Shown piece by piece: positions 36,464 to 46,108 of a stretch of 64,000 nucleotides of DNA. The notes beneath the pieces are model-generated. The model was not told where the DNA came from and did not search any database. It worked only from the letters and a program-made list of their open reading frames with translations. Positions within the stretch are counted from its first letter, which is position 1, and every line of letters begins with the position of its first letter. Made by a program: the position numbers and the translations under genes. This DNA comes from Bacteroidaceae bacterium (GTDB taxonomy: Bacteria; Bacteroidota; Bacteroidia; Bacteroidales; Bacteroidaceae): NCBI GenBank assembly GCA_017536325.1, contig JAFXHQ010000071.1:573-64572 (forward strand), read 5' to 3'.

Positions 36464-37744
36464 ATGAGAAAAACAACCTTCATGACCATGTTTTTGACCA
36501 TCACTCTTTTGTTGTCAGGATGCTCTGACGATGAAAAGTACCAAGAGCCGGCAGAAAAAAACAATTACACAAACACCGGATTGCCCGTAGTTTACATAAA
36601 TACCCATTCAGGGGAAGAGGTCGCAAACAAAGATGTTTATGAAGGTGCCACAATTGAGATTTGTGACGGGAACAGCAAGTATAACCTGAACTTGCAGAAT
36701 ATACAAATACACGGCAGAGGCAACTCCTCTTGGTACACGTTCATAAAGAAACGTTCATACACTATAAAATTAGACAGCAAACAAGGTATTCTGGGAATGC
36801 CCAAAGACAAAAAATGGTGCCTTATAGCCAACTACCGCGACAAGACAATGCTGAGGAACAGTGTCGCCTGGTGGCTTTCAGCGAAACTTGACATTCATAA
36901 TTGGACACCGAGATACCGGTTTGTTGAACTTGTACTCAATGGAACCCATCGTGGCACATATCAACTTGTCGAACAAGTAAAAATTAACGATGATAGGATA
37001 AATATAAATGAAATGTCCAAATACGATACATCACCCGACAAGATTTCAGGTGGATATATCATAGAACTTGACAGAGGCACAAACGAAGATCAATGGGAGT
37101 GGATTATGCCAAACATGCATGGCGATGTCCACAAGCTAAGCATAAAGGAGCCCAAAATAGATGATGGCAATGAAAGCCAGTTCAAATATATTTATAGCTA
37201 TTTGATGAACATCGACAGGCTTTTCGGCGAAAACAAGATAGCCGAAGTAATGGAAAATTACATTGACATGGAATCTTGGGCTGCCCAATGGCTTATATTT
37301 GAAATTTCGGGAACGCCAGAGCCTAATGGGCCGAACAGTTGGTACACATACAAAGACATAAACAATGACAAGTGGTATTGCGGCCCAGTCTGGGACTTCG
37401 ATTATAAGTCATTTATTCCAAGCACAAGCAACAAATGGATTAACAGAAATGTAATATACATGCCTGAAATGCTAAAATACGAGCCGTTCCGCGAAACACT
37501 AAAAGAGGTTTGGAGCAGAATCAAACCGATGCTGCCGGAACTGATAGCCTTTATAGAACAAGAAGGCCGCCTTATCGAACTTTCCGAAAAACTTAATTGG
37601 GAAATCCACAACAAGAATCTTATTGAAGACAACCGAACAGAAAACGGCGATGAATTTGTATCACCCCAAGCAGCAAGAATTATGATGATAGATTACCTGA
37701 AAGCAAAATGGGAATTCATCGACAATAACCTGGAAAACATATGA
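36464..37744 (+). CDS. CotH kinase-family protein, predicted lipoprotein
   Basis: Lipobox LLLSGCSDD. LPVVYINT, IHGRGNSSW, KKRSYTIKLD, KKWCLIANYRDKTMLRN: the CotH N-terminal pattern. Confidence 0.8.
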   Translation: MRKTTFMTMFLTITLLLSGCSDDEKYQEPAEKNNYTNTGLPVVYINTHSGEEVANKDVYEGATIEICDGNSKYNLNLQNIQIHGRGNSSWYTFIKKRSYTIKLDSKQGILGMPKDKKWCLIANYRDKTMLRNSVAWWLSAKLDIHNWTPRYRFVELVLNGTHRGTYQLVEQVKINDDRININEMSKYDTSPDKISGGYIIELDRGTNEDQWEWIMPNMHGDVHKLSIKEPKIDDGNESQFKYIYSYLMNIDRLFGENKIAEVMENYIDMESWAAQWLIFEISGTPEPNGPNSWYTYKDINNDKWYCGPVWDFDYKSFIPSTSNKWINRNVIYMPEMLKYEPFRETLKEVWSRIKPMLPELIAFIEQEGRLIELSEKLNWEIHNKNLIEDNRTENGDEFVSPQAARIMMIDYLKAKWEFIDNNLENI

Positions 37745-37841
37745 TTATAACGAAGATGCCTTAAAGTGGTTCAGCATTAGTTCCATGTTGGCAATACGAG
37801 GAGAACTCCAAACTGTAAATTCATTGTGTTTGTGTATAATA

Positions 37842-38405
37842 TTATTGTGTCCACCTTTCACCTTCAACAACCATTCCCATTTTCTTGGCGAACTCCCAAA
37901 TGACCATTCCTGCTGTGACAGAAACATTCAGAGAGTGCTTGGTACCGAACTGAGGAATCTCTATTGCACCCTCCGATACATCAACGACAGACTGCTGCAC
38001 ACCCTTCACCTCGTTGCCGAGCACAACTGCATAACGTTCACCATGCACTGCCGGAAAATCCTGCAATGCAACACTGCCCTCACACTGTTCTATAGAGAAC
38101 ACCTTATACCCTTCGTTACGAAGAGCCTCTACCGCATCCATTGTCGATTCATGATATTGCCAAGCCACAACATCTTCGGCTCCAAGTGCAGTCTTGTGTA
38201 TCTCGGCACTCGGTGGCGTTGCCGTTATTCCGCAGAGCACAATACGCTCCACGCGAAAGGCATCGCCTGTGCGGAACACAGAGCCGACATTATGAAGGCT
38301 ACGCACGTTGTCGAGCACAACGACAAGCGGAAGCTTTTCGGCAGAGCGGAACGCATCGCCGTCGATGCGTCCCATTTCCGTTACCAGTTTCTTCCTGTTC
38401 ATCAT
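37842..38405 (-). CDS. SpoU/TrmH-family RNA 2'-O-methyltransferase
   Basis: VVVLDNVRSLHNVGSVFRTGDAF, VLGNEVKGV and SLNVSVTAGMVIWEF SPOUT motifs. Confidence 0.85.
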   Translation of the reverse strand: MMNRKKLVTEMGRIDGDAFRSAEKLPLVVVLDNVRSLHNVGSVFRTGDAFRVERIVLCGITATPPSAEIHKTALGAEDVVAWQYHESTMDAVEALRNEGYKVFSIEQCEGSVALQDFPAVHGERYAVVLGNEVKGVQQSVVDVSEGAIEIPQFGTKHSLNVSVTAGMVIWEFAKKMGMVVEGERWTQ

Positions 38406-39889
38406 ACGAAACGGCTCCAATCGGTATTTCTCATATCACCGTCACGCTCGAAGGTTGCATGCATTCCAAGTGCAGCAGCCACATTATGCGACACATGACC
38501 ACGCTTTGCAATCTTCAGATAGTCCCACAAGAGATTACGATAGTCGGGATGTGCGCAATTCTCTATAAGCAGACGTGCACGTTCATCCGGTCCCTTGCCA
38601 CGAAGATCGGCCACGCCCCATTCAGTAACTACCACACGTACATCATGTTCGGTGTGGTCGGCATGTGTAACCATTGGGACAATAGAACTTATCATGCCGC
38701 CTTTCTGTGTCGAGGGACAGGTAAAGATTGAGACAAATGCATTGCGCGCGAAGTCACCCGAGCCTCCAATACCGTTCATAAGGCGTGTGCCGCAAATGTG
38801 TGATGAATTCACACATCCATAGAGATCGACCTCTATTGCCGTATTCATTGCTATGATACCCAAACGACGGATGATTTCGGGATGATTGGATATTTCGGAC
38901 GGGCGGAGGATAAGGCGGTCCTTGAAAAAGTCGAGATTGTCATATACATGCTGCAGACACTCCTGGCTCAACGATAGAGAGCAGGTACTGCCGGCTTTCA
39001 CACGACCGAGTTCCATGAGTTTAATCACGGAATCCTGCAACACCTCGGAGTAGAGATCGAGTGCCGGAATGCCGTTAGCCTCCTCAAGACCTTTCAGCAC
39101 AGCATTGGCAACATTGCCGATTCCGCTCTGTATCGGCAGGCCTTCGGCCGGTATTGTCCCACGCTTCATGTCGCTGACTATGAAATCGACCACATTCTCG
39201 CCTATCTTGCGTGTTACAGGGTCAAGTTCCTTGAACACGACCTGTTCGTTGGGCAGACACACCTCAACAATACCTATGACCTTCTTGGGATCGACCTGCA
39301 CATACGGTTTGCCTACACGGTCCGAAGCCTTGAATATCGGTATTTCCCTGCGATAAGGCGGGTCAAGAGGTTCATAGACATCGTGCAGACCCATGGTATG
39401 ATGGTATGTGTTACGTTCGATTATTATCTTGTCGGCAAGATTGGCAACAGTCTGGCCAATACCGCCTGCAGTTGTAAGATATACCTTGCCGTCGGGTGTT
39501 ATGTCTATTGCTTCAAGTATCGCCACATTCACCTTGCCCATATAACCGTAACGCAGGTCCTGCGCCATGAGAGAGAGATGAAGGTCGGTATATGTAATCT
39601 CTTTTGCATTTATGGAGTTGCGTACGGTAGGATTGGAGATGAAAGGAGCACGGAAACGTATTGCATTGGCACGTGTAAGCGCGCCGTCAATGGCATCACC
39701 TGTGGATGCGCCCGAATAGAGGTCTATTTTGAAGGGCTTTCCTGCAGCATGCGCCTCCTCGGCGCGCTTTGCAACTTCGGGCAACACAGTCTTGGGAGTA
39801 CCCGAAAGGGTAAAGCCGCTAATTCCCACACCGTCTCCATTGTTGATATAGCATGCAGCCTCTGCTGCTGTCATAATGCGGTAGCTCAT
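38402..39889 (-). CDS. acetyl-CoA hydrolase/transferase family protein (succinate/acetate CoA-transferase type)
   Basis: 495 aa. GISGFTLSGTPK, NTAIEVDLYGCVNS and GIGGSGDFARNA motifs of the Cat1/ASCT family. Confidence 0.85.
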   Translation of the reverse strand: MSYRIMTAAEAACYINNGDGVGISGFTLSGTPKTVLPEVAKRAEEAHAAGKPFKIDLYSGASTGDAIDGALTRANAIRFRAPFISNPTVRNSINAKEITYTDLHLSLMAQDLRYGYMGKVNVAILEAIDITPDGKVYLTTAGGIGQTVANLADKIIIERNTYHHTMGLHDVYEPLDPPYRREIPIFKASDRVGKPYVQVDPKKVIGIVEVCLPNEQVVFKELDPVTRKIGENVVDFIVSDMKRGTIPAEGLPIQSGIGNVANAVLKGLEEANGIPALDLYSEVLQDSVIKLMELGRVKAGSTCSLSLSQECLQHVYDNLDFFKDRLILRPSEISNHPEIIRRLGIIAMNTAIEVDLYGCVNSSHICGTRLMNGIGGSGDFARNAFVSIFTCPSTQKGGMISSIVPMVTHADHTEHDVRVVVTEWGVADLRGKGPDERARLLIENCAHPDYRNLLWDYLKIAKRGHVSHNVAAALGMHATFERDGDMRNTDWSRFV

Positions 39890-39954
39890 AGTAATTCAGT
39901 TTTTATGTTTGTCTTTATAGTATATCCCGATGTGTGCAACATCGGGAGAATCGT

Positions 39955-40293
39955 TCAATATTTTCTCTTGAAAATCTCGGAATAGATAAACGCTTTCTTT
40001 GCTTCGGACCTGTTGCCCAATTGGATTCGGCCATGCACCTTCTCAACGGTATGTTTCTCCTCGCTTGCAACAATTACAGGCTTAGGAGCCGGAGCTGCAG
40101 CCCTTCTGGATACAACCGGACGGGATGGTGCAGGCGGCTCTTGAGGTTGCCGCATCTCAAAGAGTTCAACTGTAGGAAAAGCCTCACCCATAATAGGCTT
40201 AGCCTTCACATCGGGGCGGGAAAACATACTCTTTACGACGAATATCAAAGAATACACACCTACAAAAACAACAAGACTCAATACAATTTCCAT
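39955..40293 (-). CDS. hypothetical single-TM protein with Pro/Ala-rich segment
   Basis: ATG 40293 lies 1 nt after the thioesterase stop. MEIVLSLVVFVGVYSLIFVV TM helix, then PQEPPAPSRPVVSRRAAAPAPKP. No family recognised. Confidence 0.5.
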   Translation of the reverse strand: MEIVLSLVVFVGVYSLIFVVKSMFSRPDVKAKPIMGEAFPTVELFEMRQPQEPPAPSRPVVSRRAAAPAPKPVIVASEEKHTVEKVHGRIQLGNRSEAKKAFIYSEIFKRKY

Positions 40294-40294
40294 A

Positions 40295-40732
40295 TCAATA
40301 CACTTCTTTGTCAGCAATATAACCGCCCAGCAGTTCTTCGAATATCTCGCCACGTGTAAGACGTCCGTTCCTCAGACATATGACCTCGACCTCACCTTTT
40401 GTGGCGAGGTTACCGTCGGCAAGATTGTATATATCCTGCAGGATTACCAGTTTTGCACCCTTGCGCTGCATATTTATTCGTACCGCAAACCTGTCACTGC
40501 CGTGCAGTGGCCGCTTGTATTCAATTGTTATCTTGGAGACCATGAGATCGATGCCCTCGTCGTGCAGCTTGCCGAAGCTCACGCCCAATGACTCCAGGAA
40601 CTCATGGCGTGCATGCTCCATGTAGTGCTGATAGTTAGCGTTGTTTACAACACCCTGAATATCGCACTCATAATCGCGCACCTTCATCTCAAGACTATAG
40701 ATATATTTTTCCATAACATGCGGTATTGTCAT
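40295..40732 (-). CDS. acyl-CoA thioesterase (YbgC/4HBT hotdog fold)
   Basis: VRDYECDIQGVVNNANYQHYMEHARHEFL is the typical 4HBT N-terminus. ATG at 40732; an alternative ATG lies at 40714. Confidence 0.85.
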   Translation of the reverse strand: MTIPHVMEKYIYSLEMKVRDYECDIQGVVNNANYQHYMEHARHEFLESLGVSFGKLHDEGIDLMVSKITIEYKRPLHGSDRFAVRINMQRKGAKLVILQDIYNLADGNLATKGEVEVICLRNGRLTRGEIFEELLGGYIADKEVY

Positions 40733-40838
40733 ATGCAAATATACAACAATAAAACAATTAAGGCTGTTTTTAAGAAATTTTATACATTAATTTGCGAAGA
40801 GAAGAGAGTTTGACGAACTGTAAAGCAAGATTTTTGGC

Positions 40839-40846
40839 TATTTTTG
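40839..40846 (+). promoter_or_regulatory. candidate -7 promoter box (TATTTTTG) for mfd
   Basis: Exact TAnnTTTG match, 14 nt upstream of the mfd ATG. Confidence 0.35.
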
Positions 40847-40859
40847 CAATGGAAGAAAG

Positions 40860-43800
40860 ATGAAGGCGGAAGATATACAACACATATACTCTGCACATCC
40901 GGGTGTAGATGCCCTGATGCAGTTGAGGGAAGAGGGGAACAAAAAGTGTGTTCTCCTTGAGGGATTATTGGGCAGCAGTGCCGCAATGGTGCTTTGCGGA
41001 CTGAAACAGAAGGCTCCGACACAGACACTCCTTGTAGTGATGAACGATGCCGAGGAGGCCGGATATTTCTATCACGACATGACACAGGTAACCGGTGACA
41101 AGGATATACTTTTCTTCCCCTCATCGTTCCGAAGAGCAATGAGATACGGGCAGGAAGATGAGGCCAACCGCATACTGCGTACTGAAGTTATGAGCAGGCT
41201 GTCGAGCCGTCGCCGAAAGGAAGGCCTCATCATTGTGACACACCCCGATGCCATTGCCGAAAAGGTATCGTCGCAGAGCGACCTTGAGGAGAAGAGCATT
41301 ACGATATCGGCAGGAGAGACCATTGCACGCGACGAAGTGGAAAAAAGATTGGCTGCATTGGGGTTCAAGGAGGTGACATATGTATATGCTCCGGGAGAGT
41401 ATGCAGTACGAGGCAGTCTAATCGATATTTTCTCCTTTTCATCGGAATTTCCATACCGTATCGACTTCTTTGGAGACTATGTCGAGAGTATAAGGAGCTT
41501 TGAGGTAGAGAGCCAGTTGTCAAGGGAGCGCACCGACGAAGCTGTCATTGTCCCCAAAATAACCGGGAAGGAGTCGGTAGCAATAACGGAATTCCTTCCC
41601 AAAAACACTATACTTGTCACAAAGGACTTCGAATTCATAAAAGGATGCATTGAGAAGCTGCGCAGCGAAGGGTTTACCCTACAGGCAAAATTGTCGGACG
41701 ACGAGTTGCCGGAAATGCCGGAGCTCATGTCGGCAACCGAGCTCGAGGAGTACTCAAAGAGCGTAAAGCATTGGGCAATGCGCAGCAATGGGCAAGTAAA
41801 GACAAAGGTGAAGTTCGACACTTCACCCCAACCGCTGTTCCACAAGGATTTTGACCTTGTGACACAGAATTTCGAGAGACTTATCGAAAAGGGATACAGG
41901 CTGTTCCTGCTCACCGACGACCTTCACCAGGCTGAAAGATTGAGGGCCATCTTTGAAGAGAGAGGCGACGACATCCCCTTCACACCGGTTGGACACACCA
42001 TACACGAAGGCTATTGCGACAATACGCTGAAAGTTGCATTCTTTACCGACCATCAGCTTTTCGGCCGCTTCCACAACTATCGTTTGAGGAGCGAGAGGGC
42101 ACGCAACGGTAAAGTCGCGCTAACCATAAAGGAGCTTAAGGAGTTCGGCATCGGCGACTACATTGTACACATTGACCATGGTGTAGGTAAATTCGGCGGA
42201 CTTGTACGCATTCCCAACGGCAAATCAACCCAGGAGGCCATAAAACTAATATACAGGAACGACGATATTGTCTTTGTATCGATACACAACCTGCACAAGA
42301 TATCGAAGTACCGCGGCAAGGAAGGGGAACCGCCGGCTGTGAACAAACTGGGCACAGGCGCATGGGAGCGCATGAAGGAGCGCACCAAAAAGAAAATAAA
42401 AGACATTGCACGTGATCTCATCAAACTCTATTCGCAACGCAACAGGGAAGAGGGATTTGCATTCTCGCCCGACAGTTATATGCAGAATGAACTGGAAGCA
42501 AGTTTCATATATGAGGACACACCCGACCAGCTGAAGGCTACAAACGAGGTAAAACGGGACATGGAGCGCAAACGTCCTATGGACCGTCTTGTGTGCGGCG
42601 ATGTGGGGTTCGGAAAGACCGAGGTTGCCATCCGTGCAGCATTCAAGGCTGCAACCGACGGCAAGCAGGTTGCAGTGCTTGTTCCTACGACCGTACTTGC
42701 CTACCAGCACTACCTCACCTTCAAGGAACGCCTGAAGGATTTCCCCTGCAACATCGAGTACCTTAGCCGCGCACGCAGCACAGCATCAACAAAGAAGGTA
42801 CTCGAAGATATAAAGGAAGGCAAGACAGATATTGTAATAGGCACTCACAAGCTCACAAGCAAAGAGGTAAGATTCAAGGACCTTGGACTGCTCATCATTG
42901 ATGAGGAACAGAAGTTCGGTGTATCGGTAAAGGAAAAATTGCGCCAACTGAAAGTGAATGTCGATACTCTCACATTGACAGCGACGCCGATTCCGCGTAC
43001 ACTACAGTTCTCCATAATGGGAGCAAGAGACCTATCTATGATACAGACACCGCCACCCAACCGCTACCCGATACAGACCGAGATACACAACTTCGATGCC
43101 GAAGTCATAAAGGAAGCGATAAACTTCGAACTCAGCCGTAACGGCCAGGTCTTCTTTATTACAAACAGGATATCGGGTATGGAAGAGCTGGCCAACCTCA
43201 TAAGACGACATATCCCCGATGCACGTGTATGCATAGGACATGGACAGATGGAGCCTGCCGTGTTGGAAAAGAGACTATACGAGTTCATTAACCACGATTT
43301 CGATGTACTCATAGCCACATCCATTGTCGAGAACGGAATTGACATACCCAACGTAAACACCATCATAATAAATCAGGCGCAGAACTTCGGTCTCAGCGAC
43401 CTGCACCAGATGCGAGGCCGTGTAGGACGGGGCAAGCGCAAGGCATTCTGCTATATGCTGACACCACCCCGCGAAAACCTCAGCACAGATGCACGCCGAA
43501 GGCTCGAAGCTATAGAGAGTTTCAGTGAACTCGGAAGCGGCATACACATAGCAATGCAGGACCTCGACATTCGTGGCGCAGGCAACCTATTGGGTGCCGA
43601 ACAGAGCGGATTCATTGCCGACCTCGGATACGAGACCTACCAGAAGATACTTGCCGAGGCCGTACGCGAACTGAAGGACGAAGAGTTCAGCGACATATTA
43701 AGCGAGGAAGAAGAGAACAGCAACAGTGCCGAGAGGTATGTGAAGGAGTGCTTCGTAGAGAGCGACCTCGAACTTCTTTTCCCTGCGACATATGTCCCCG

Positions 43801-44207
43801 ACAGCAATGAACGCATACTGCTCTACCGCGAACTCGACTCAATAACCGAAGAACGCGACATTACAGCATTCAAGGCACGCATGAAGGACAGGTTCGGTGC
43901 AATCCCACCCGAGGGAGAGGAACTCATACGCATGGTGACCCTGCGCCGCAAGGCACAGTGCCTTGGAGTGGAAAAGATATACCTCAAGGGTGGCCGGATG
44001 AACCTTTTCCTTGTAGATACACGCAACGAGAGATACTACACAAGCGAGACTTTCGGCCATATCATGGGTTACATCCCCACAAGCCAGTTCAAATGCCAGG
44101 TACGCGAAGGAGAGGGAAGATGCATAATTACCGTTGAAAACGTGAAAAATGTAGAGACAGCACTCGCTTTTGTTGAAGAAATTCAAAGACATTCCATTAC
44201 ACCTTAG
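40860..44207 (+). CDS. mfd: transcription-repair coupling factor
   Basis: 1115 aa. UvrB-homology N-terminus, CarD/RID-like IGDYIVHIDHGVGKF, helicase motifs GDVGFGKTE, DEEQKFG and QMRGRVGRG, and a TRG region. Confidence 0.95.
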   Translation: MKAEDIQHIYSAHPGVDALMQLREEGNKKCVLLEGLLGSSAAMVLCGLKQKAPTQTLLVVMNDAEEAGYFYHDMTQVTGDKDILFFPSSFRRAMRYGQEDEANRILRTEVMSRLSSRRRKEGLIIVTHPDAIAEKVSSQSDLEEKSITISAGETIARDEVEKRLAALGFKEVTYVYAPGEYAVRGSLIDIFSFSSEFPYRIDFFGDYVESIRSFEVESQLSRERTDEAVIVPKITGKESVAITEFLPKNTILVTKDFEFIKGCIEKLRSEGFTLQAKLSDDELPEMPELMSATELEEYSKSVKHWAMRSNGQVKTKVKFDTSPQPLFHKDFDLVTQNFERLIEKGYRLFLLTDDLHQAERLRAIFEERGDDIPFTPVGHTIHEGYCDNTLKVAFFTDHQLFGRFHNYRLRSERARNGKVALTIKELKEFGIGDYIVHIDHGVGKFGGLVRIPNGKSTQEAIKLIYRNDDIVFVSIHNLHKISKYRGKEGEPPAVNKLGTGAWERMKERTKKKIKDIARDLIKLYSQRNREEGFAFSPDSYMQNELEASFIYEDTPDQLKATNEVKRDMERKRPMDRLVCGDVGFGKTEVAIRAAFKAATDGKQVAVLVPTTVLAYQHYLTFKERLKDFPCNIEYLSRARSTASTKKVLEDIKEGKTDIVIGTHKLTSKEVRFKDLGLLIIDEEQKFGVSVKEKLRQLKVNVDTLTLTATPIPRTLQFSIMGARDLSMIQTPPPNRYPIQTEIHNFDAEVIKEAINFELSRNGQVFFITNRISGMEELANLIRRHIPDARVCIGHGQMEPAVLEKRLYEFINHDFDVLIATSIVENGIDIPNVNTIIINQAQNFGLSDLHQMRGRVGRGKRKAFCYMLTPPRENLSTDARRRLEAIESFSELGSGIHIAMQDLDIRGAGNLLGAEQSGFIADLGYETYQKILAEAVRELKDEEFSDILSEEEENSNSAERYVKECFVESDLELLFPATYVPDSNERILLYRELDSITEERDITAFKARMKDRFGAIPPEGEELIRMVTLRRKAQCLGVEKIYLKGGRMNLFLVDTRNERYYTSETFGHIMGYIPTSQFKCQVREGEGRCIITVENVKNVETALAFVEEIQRHSITP

Positions 44208-44258
44208 ATGTTTAAGTATGGGGGATTTGTCTTTGTAAAGCAAAAAAGATGGAAATAT

Positions 44259-44290
44259 AGCAAAAGAGACCGTGCGCGGTCTCTTTTGCT
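44259..44290 (+). terminator. hairpin terminator after mfd
   Basis: Perfect 14-bp stem AGCAAAAGAGACCG / CGGTCTCTTTTGCT with loop TGCG, followed by ATTTAT. Confidence 0.7.
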
Positions 44291-44343
44291 ATTTATAAAT
44301 AATTCACTATCTTCGCAAAAGGAATTATATTTAACAATACAAT

Positions 44344-45753
44344 ATGGACAAGACAAGACTTTTGGGCTGTATTGCAGCAGCCATGTTGCTGTCGGCAGGT
44401 GCCACAGCACAGGAAAACAAGGGAGGCATAGACGCCGATATGCTTCAGGAACTGAAAGAAAGCTATGCACCCACCGGTACCGAGAGGGCTCTACAGAATG
44501 TAATGCTTGCAAATTCAGTCAAGGTTCTCGCAGTAAATCAGGAGAACCTTAACGACCTGAACACATACTTCAGCCACAGCGTGCCGTCGAAAGGCATCAC
44601 TGACCAGAAATCATCGGGCCGTTGCTGGCTATTTACCGGCATGAACGTACTCCGCGCGAAGATGATTGCCGACGAGGAACTCAACTCAATGGAATTCTCG
44701 CAAGTATATAACTTCTTCTATGACCAGTTGGAGAAGTCGAACCTCTTCCTGCAGGGTGTCATTGATACACGCAAGAAGCCCTATGACGACCGCACAGTAG
44801 AGTGGCTGTTCAAGCACCCGCTAAGCGATGGCGGAACATTCACAGGTGTTGCCGACCTCATTGCAAAGTACGGTATTGTACCAAAGGAGGTGATGAAAGA
44901 GAGCTACACCAGCGACAACACAAGTGCATTCTCGGCACTGCTCACAACAAAACTCCGTGAGTTCGGCCTTGAACTGCGCGATGCACATGCCGACGGAGCA
45001 AACGAAAAGAAGCTGCTCAAGATGAAGAAAGAACAGCTGAAAGTTGTATATAAGATGCTTGCACAGGTATATGGTGTACCACCGACAGAATTTACATGGG
45101 CACCGAAAGATGCCAACGGCAAGTACCGCGAAGAGCCACAGAGATATACCCCACAGAGCTTCTATGAGAAGTATCTGAACATAAACCTGCAGGACGACTA
45201 CGTGATGCTTATGAACGATCCTACACGTCCCTACTGGAAGTGCTATGAGATTGAGTATGACCGTCACCTCTACGACGGGCACAACTGGCTCTATGTCAAC
45301 CTGCCGCTCGAAGAGATAAAGGCAATGGCCATTGAGTCGATAAAGGACAGCACCATGATGTACTTCTCTTGCGATGTAGGCAAATTCCTCGACTCAAAGC
45401 GTGGGACACTGGACCTTGCGAATTACAACTACGACGAGCTTTTCGGCATCGAGTTCGGAATGGACAAACGCGAGAGAGTAATGACATTCGACAGCGGTTC
45501 GTCACACGCAATGACATTGAAGGCTGTTGACCTCGACAAGGATGGCAACCCTATCAAATGGCAGGTGGAGAACAGCTGGGGTGCGAATTCAGGATTCCAG
45601 GGAACGCTTATAATGACCGACCAATGGTTCAACGAATATATGTTCCGCCTTGTTGTTGACAAGAAATATGTTCCGGCTAAGGTTCTTGATGTACTGAAGC
45701 AGAAACCTACGATGCTCCCGGCATGGGACCCGATGTTCACTCCTGAAGAGTAA
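44344..45753 (+). CDS. pepC: C1-family cysteine aminopeptidase (PepC/bleomycin-hydrolase-like) with signal peptide
   Basis: QKSSGRCWLF active-site Cys motif, late HAMT and ENSWG motifs. N-terminal LLGCIAAAMLLSAGATAQ. Confidence 0.85.
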   Translation: MDKTRLLGCIAAAMLLSAGATAQENKGGIDADMLQELKESYAPTGTERALQNVMLANSVKVLAVNQENLNDLNTYFSHSVPSKGITDQKSSGRCWLFTGMNVLRAKMIADEELNSMEFSQVYNFFYDQLEKSNLFLQGVIDTRKKPYDDRTVEWLFKHPLSDGGTFTGVADLIAKYGIVPKEVMKESYTSDNTSAFSALLTTKLREFGLELRDAHADGANEKKLLKMKKEQLKVVYKMLAQVYGVPPTEFTWAPKDANGKYREEPQRYTPQSFYEKYLNINLQDDYVMLMNDPTRPYWKCYEIEYDRHLYDGHNWLYVNLPLEEIKAMAIESIKDSTMMYFSCDVGKFLDSKRGTLDLANYNYDELFGIEFGMDKRERVMTFDSGSSHAMTLKAVDLDKDGNPIKWQVENSWGANSGFQGTLIMTDQWFNEYMFRLVVDKKYVPAKVLDVLKQKPTMLPAWDPMFTPEE

Positions 45754-45783
45754 GCCCCACCCTAACCCTCCCCCGCAGGGAGG

Positions 45784-45948
45784 GAACTCCAAATCATTGT
45801 TTACCGCAAACGACACAGGTTTCTGTGAGAAATGCGGCAACAGCACCGTGCTGTTGCGTACAATGGCCAAGAAAAGGAAATTACTCTCAATAGCGGAACC
45901 TATATTGTTAAGGTTGGCAATATAACCAAGAAAATACAGATAAGATAA
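45784..45948 (+). pseudogene. relic of a T9SS C-terminal sorting domain (gene remnant)
   Basis: A single frame reads ELQIIVYRKRHRFL*EMRQQHRAVAYNGQEKEITLNSGTYIVKVGNITKKIQIR*. The ending is typical of T9SS CTDs, is interrupted by one in-frame TGA, has no upstream body, and is followed by its own terminator. Confidence 0.4.
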
Positions 45949-45971
45949 CATTTACGTTACACAGCTTAGAG

Positions 45972-46006
45972 AAGGTGACTCGATTTTTTTCGGGTCACCT
46001 TTTTTA
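45972..46006 (+). terminator. rho-independent terminator
   Basis: AAGGTGAC ... GTCACCTT stem followed by TTTTT, located just after the CTD relic. Confidence 0.6.
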
Positions 46007-46080
46007 ATCTATTGATAAAACCGATAGGTGAGATTCAAATTAACATCAATTAACGAATCCAATCCGGCAGAATTTGGTTG

Positions 46081-46088
46081 TACTTTTG
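46081..46088 (+). promoter_or_regulatory. candidate -7 promoter box (TACTTTTG) for nhaA
   Basis: Exact TAnnTTTG match, 21 nt upstream of ATG 46109. Confidence 0.4.
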
Positions 46089-46108
46089 CATTCCTAAACA
46101 GAAAAGAG

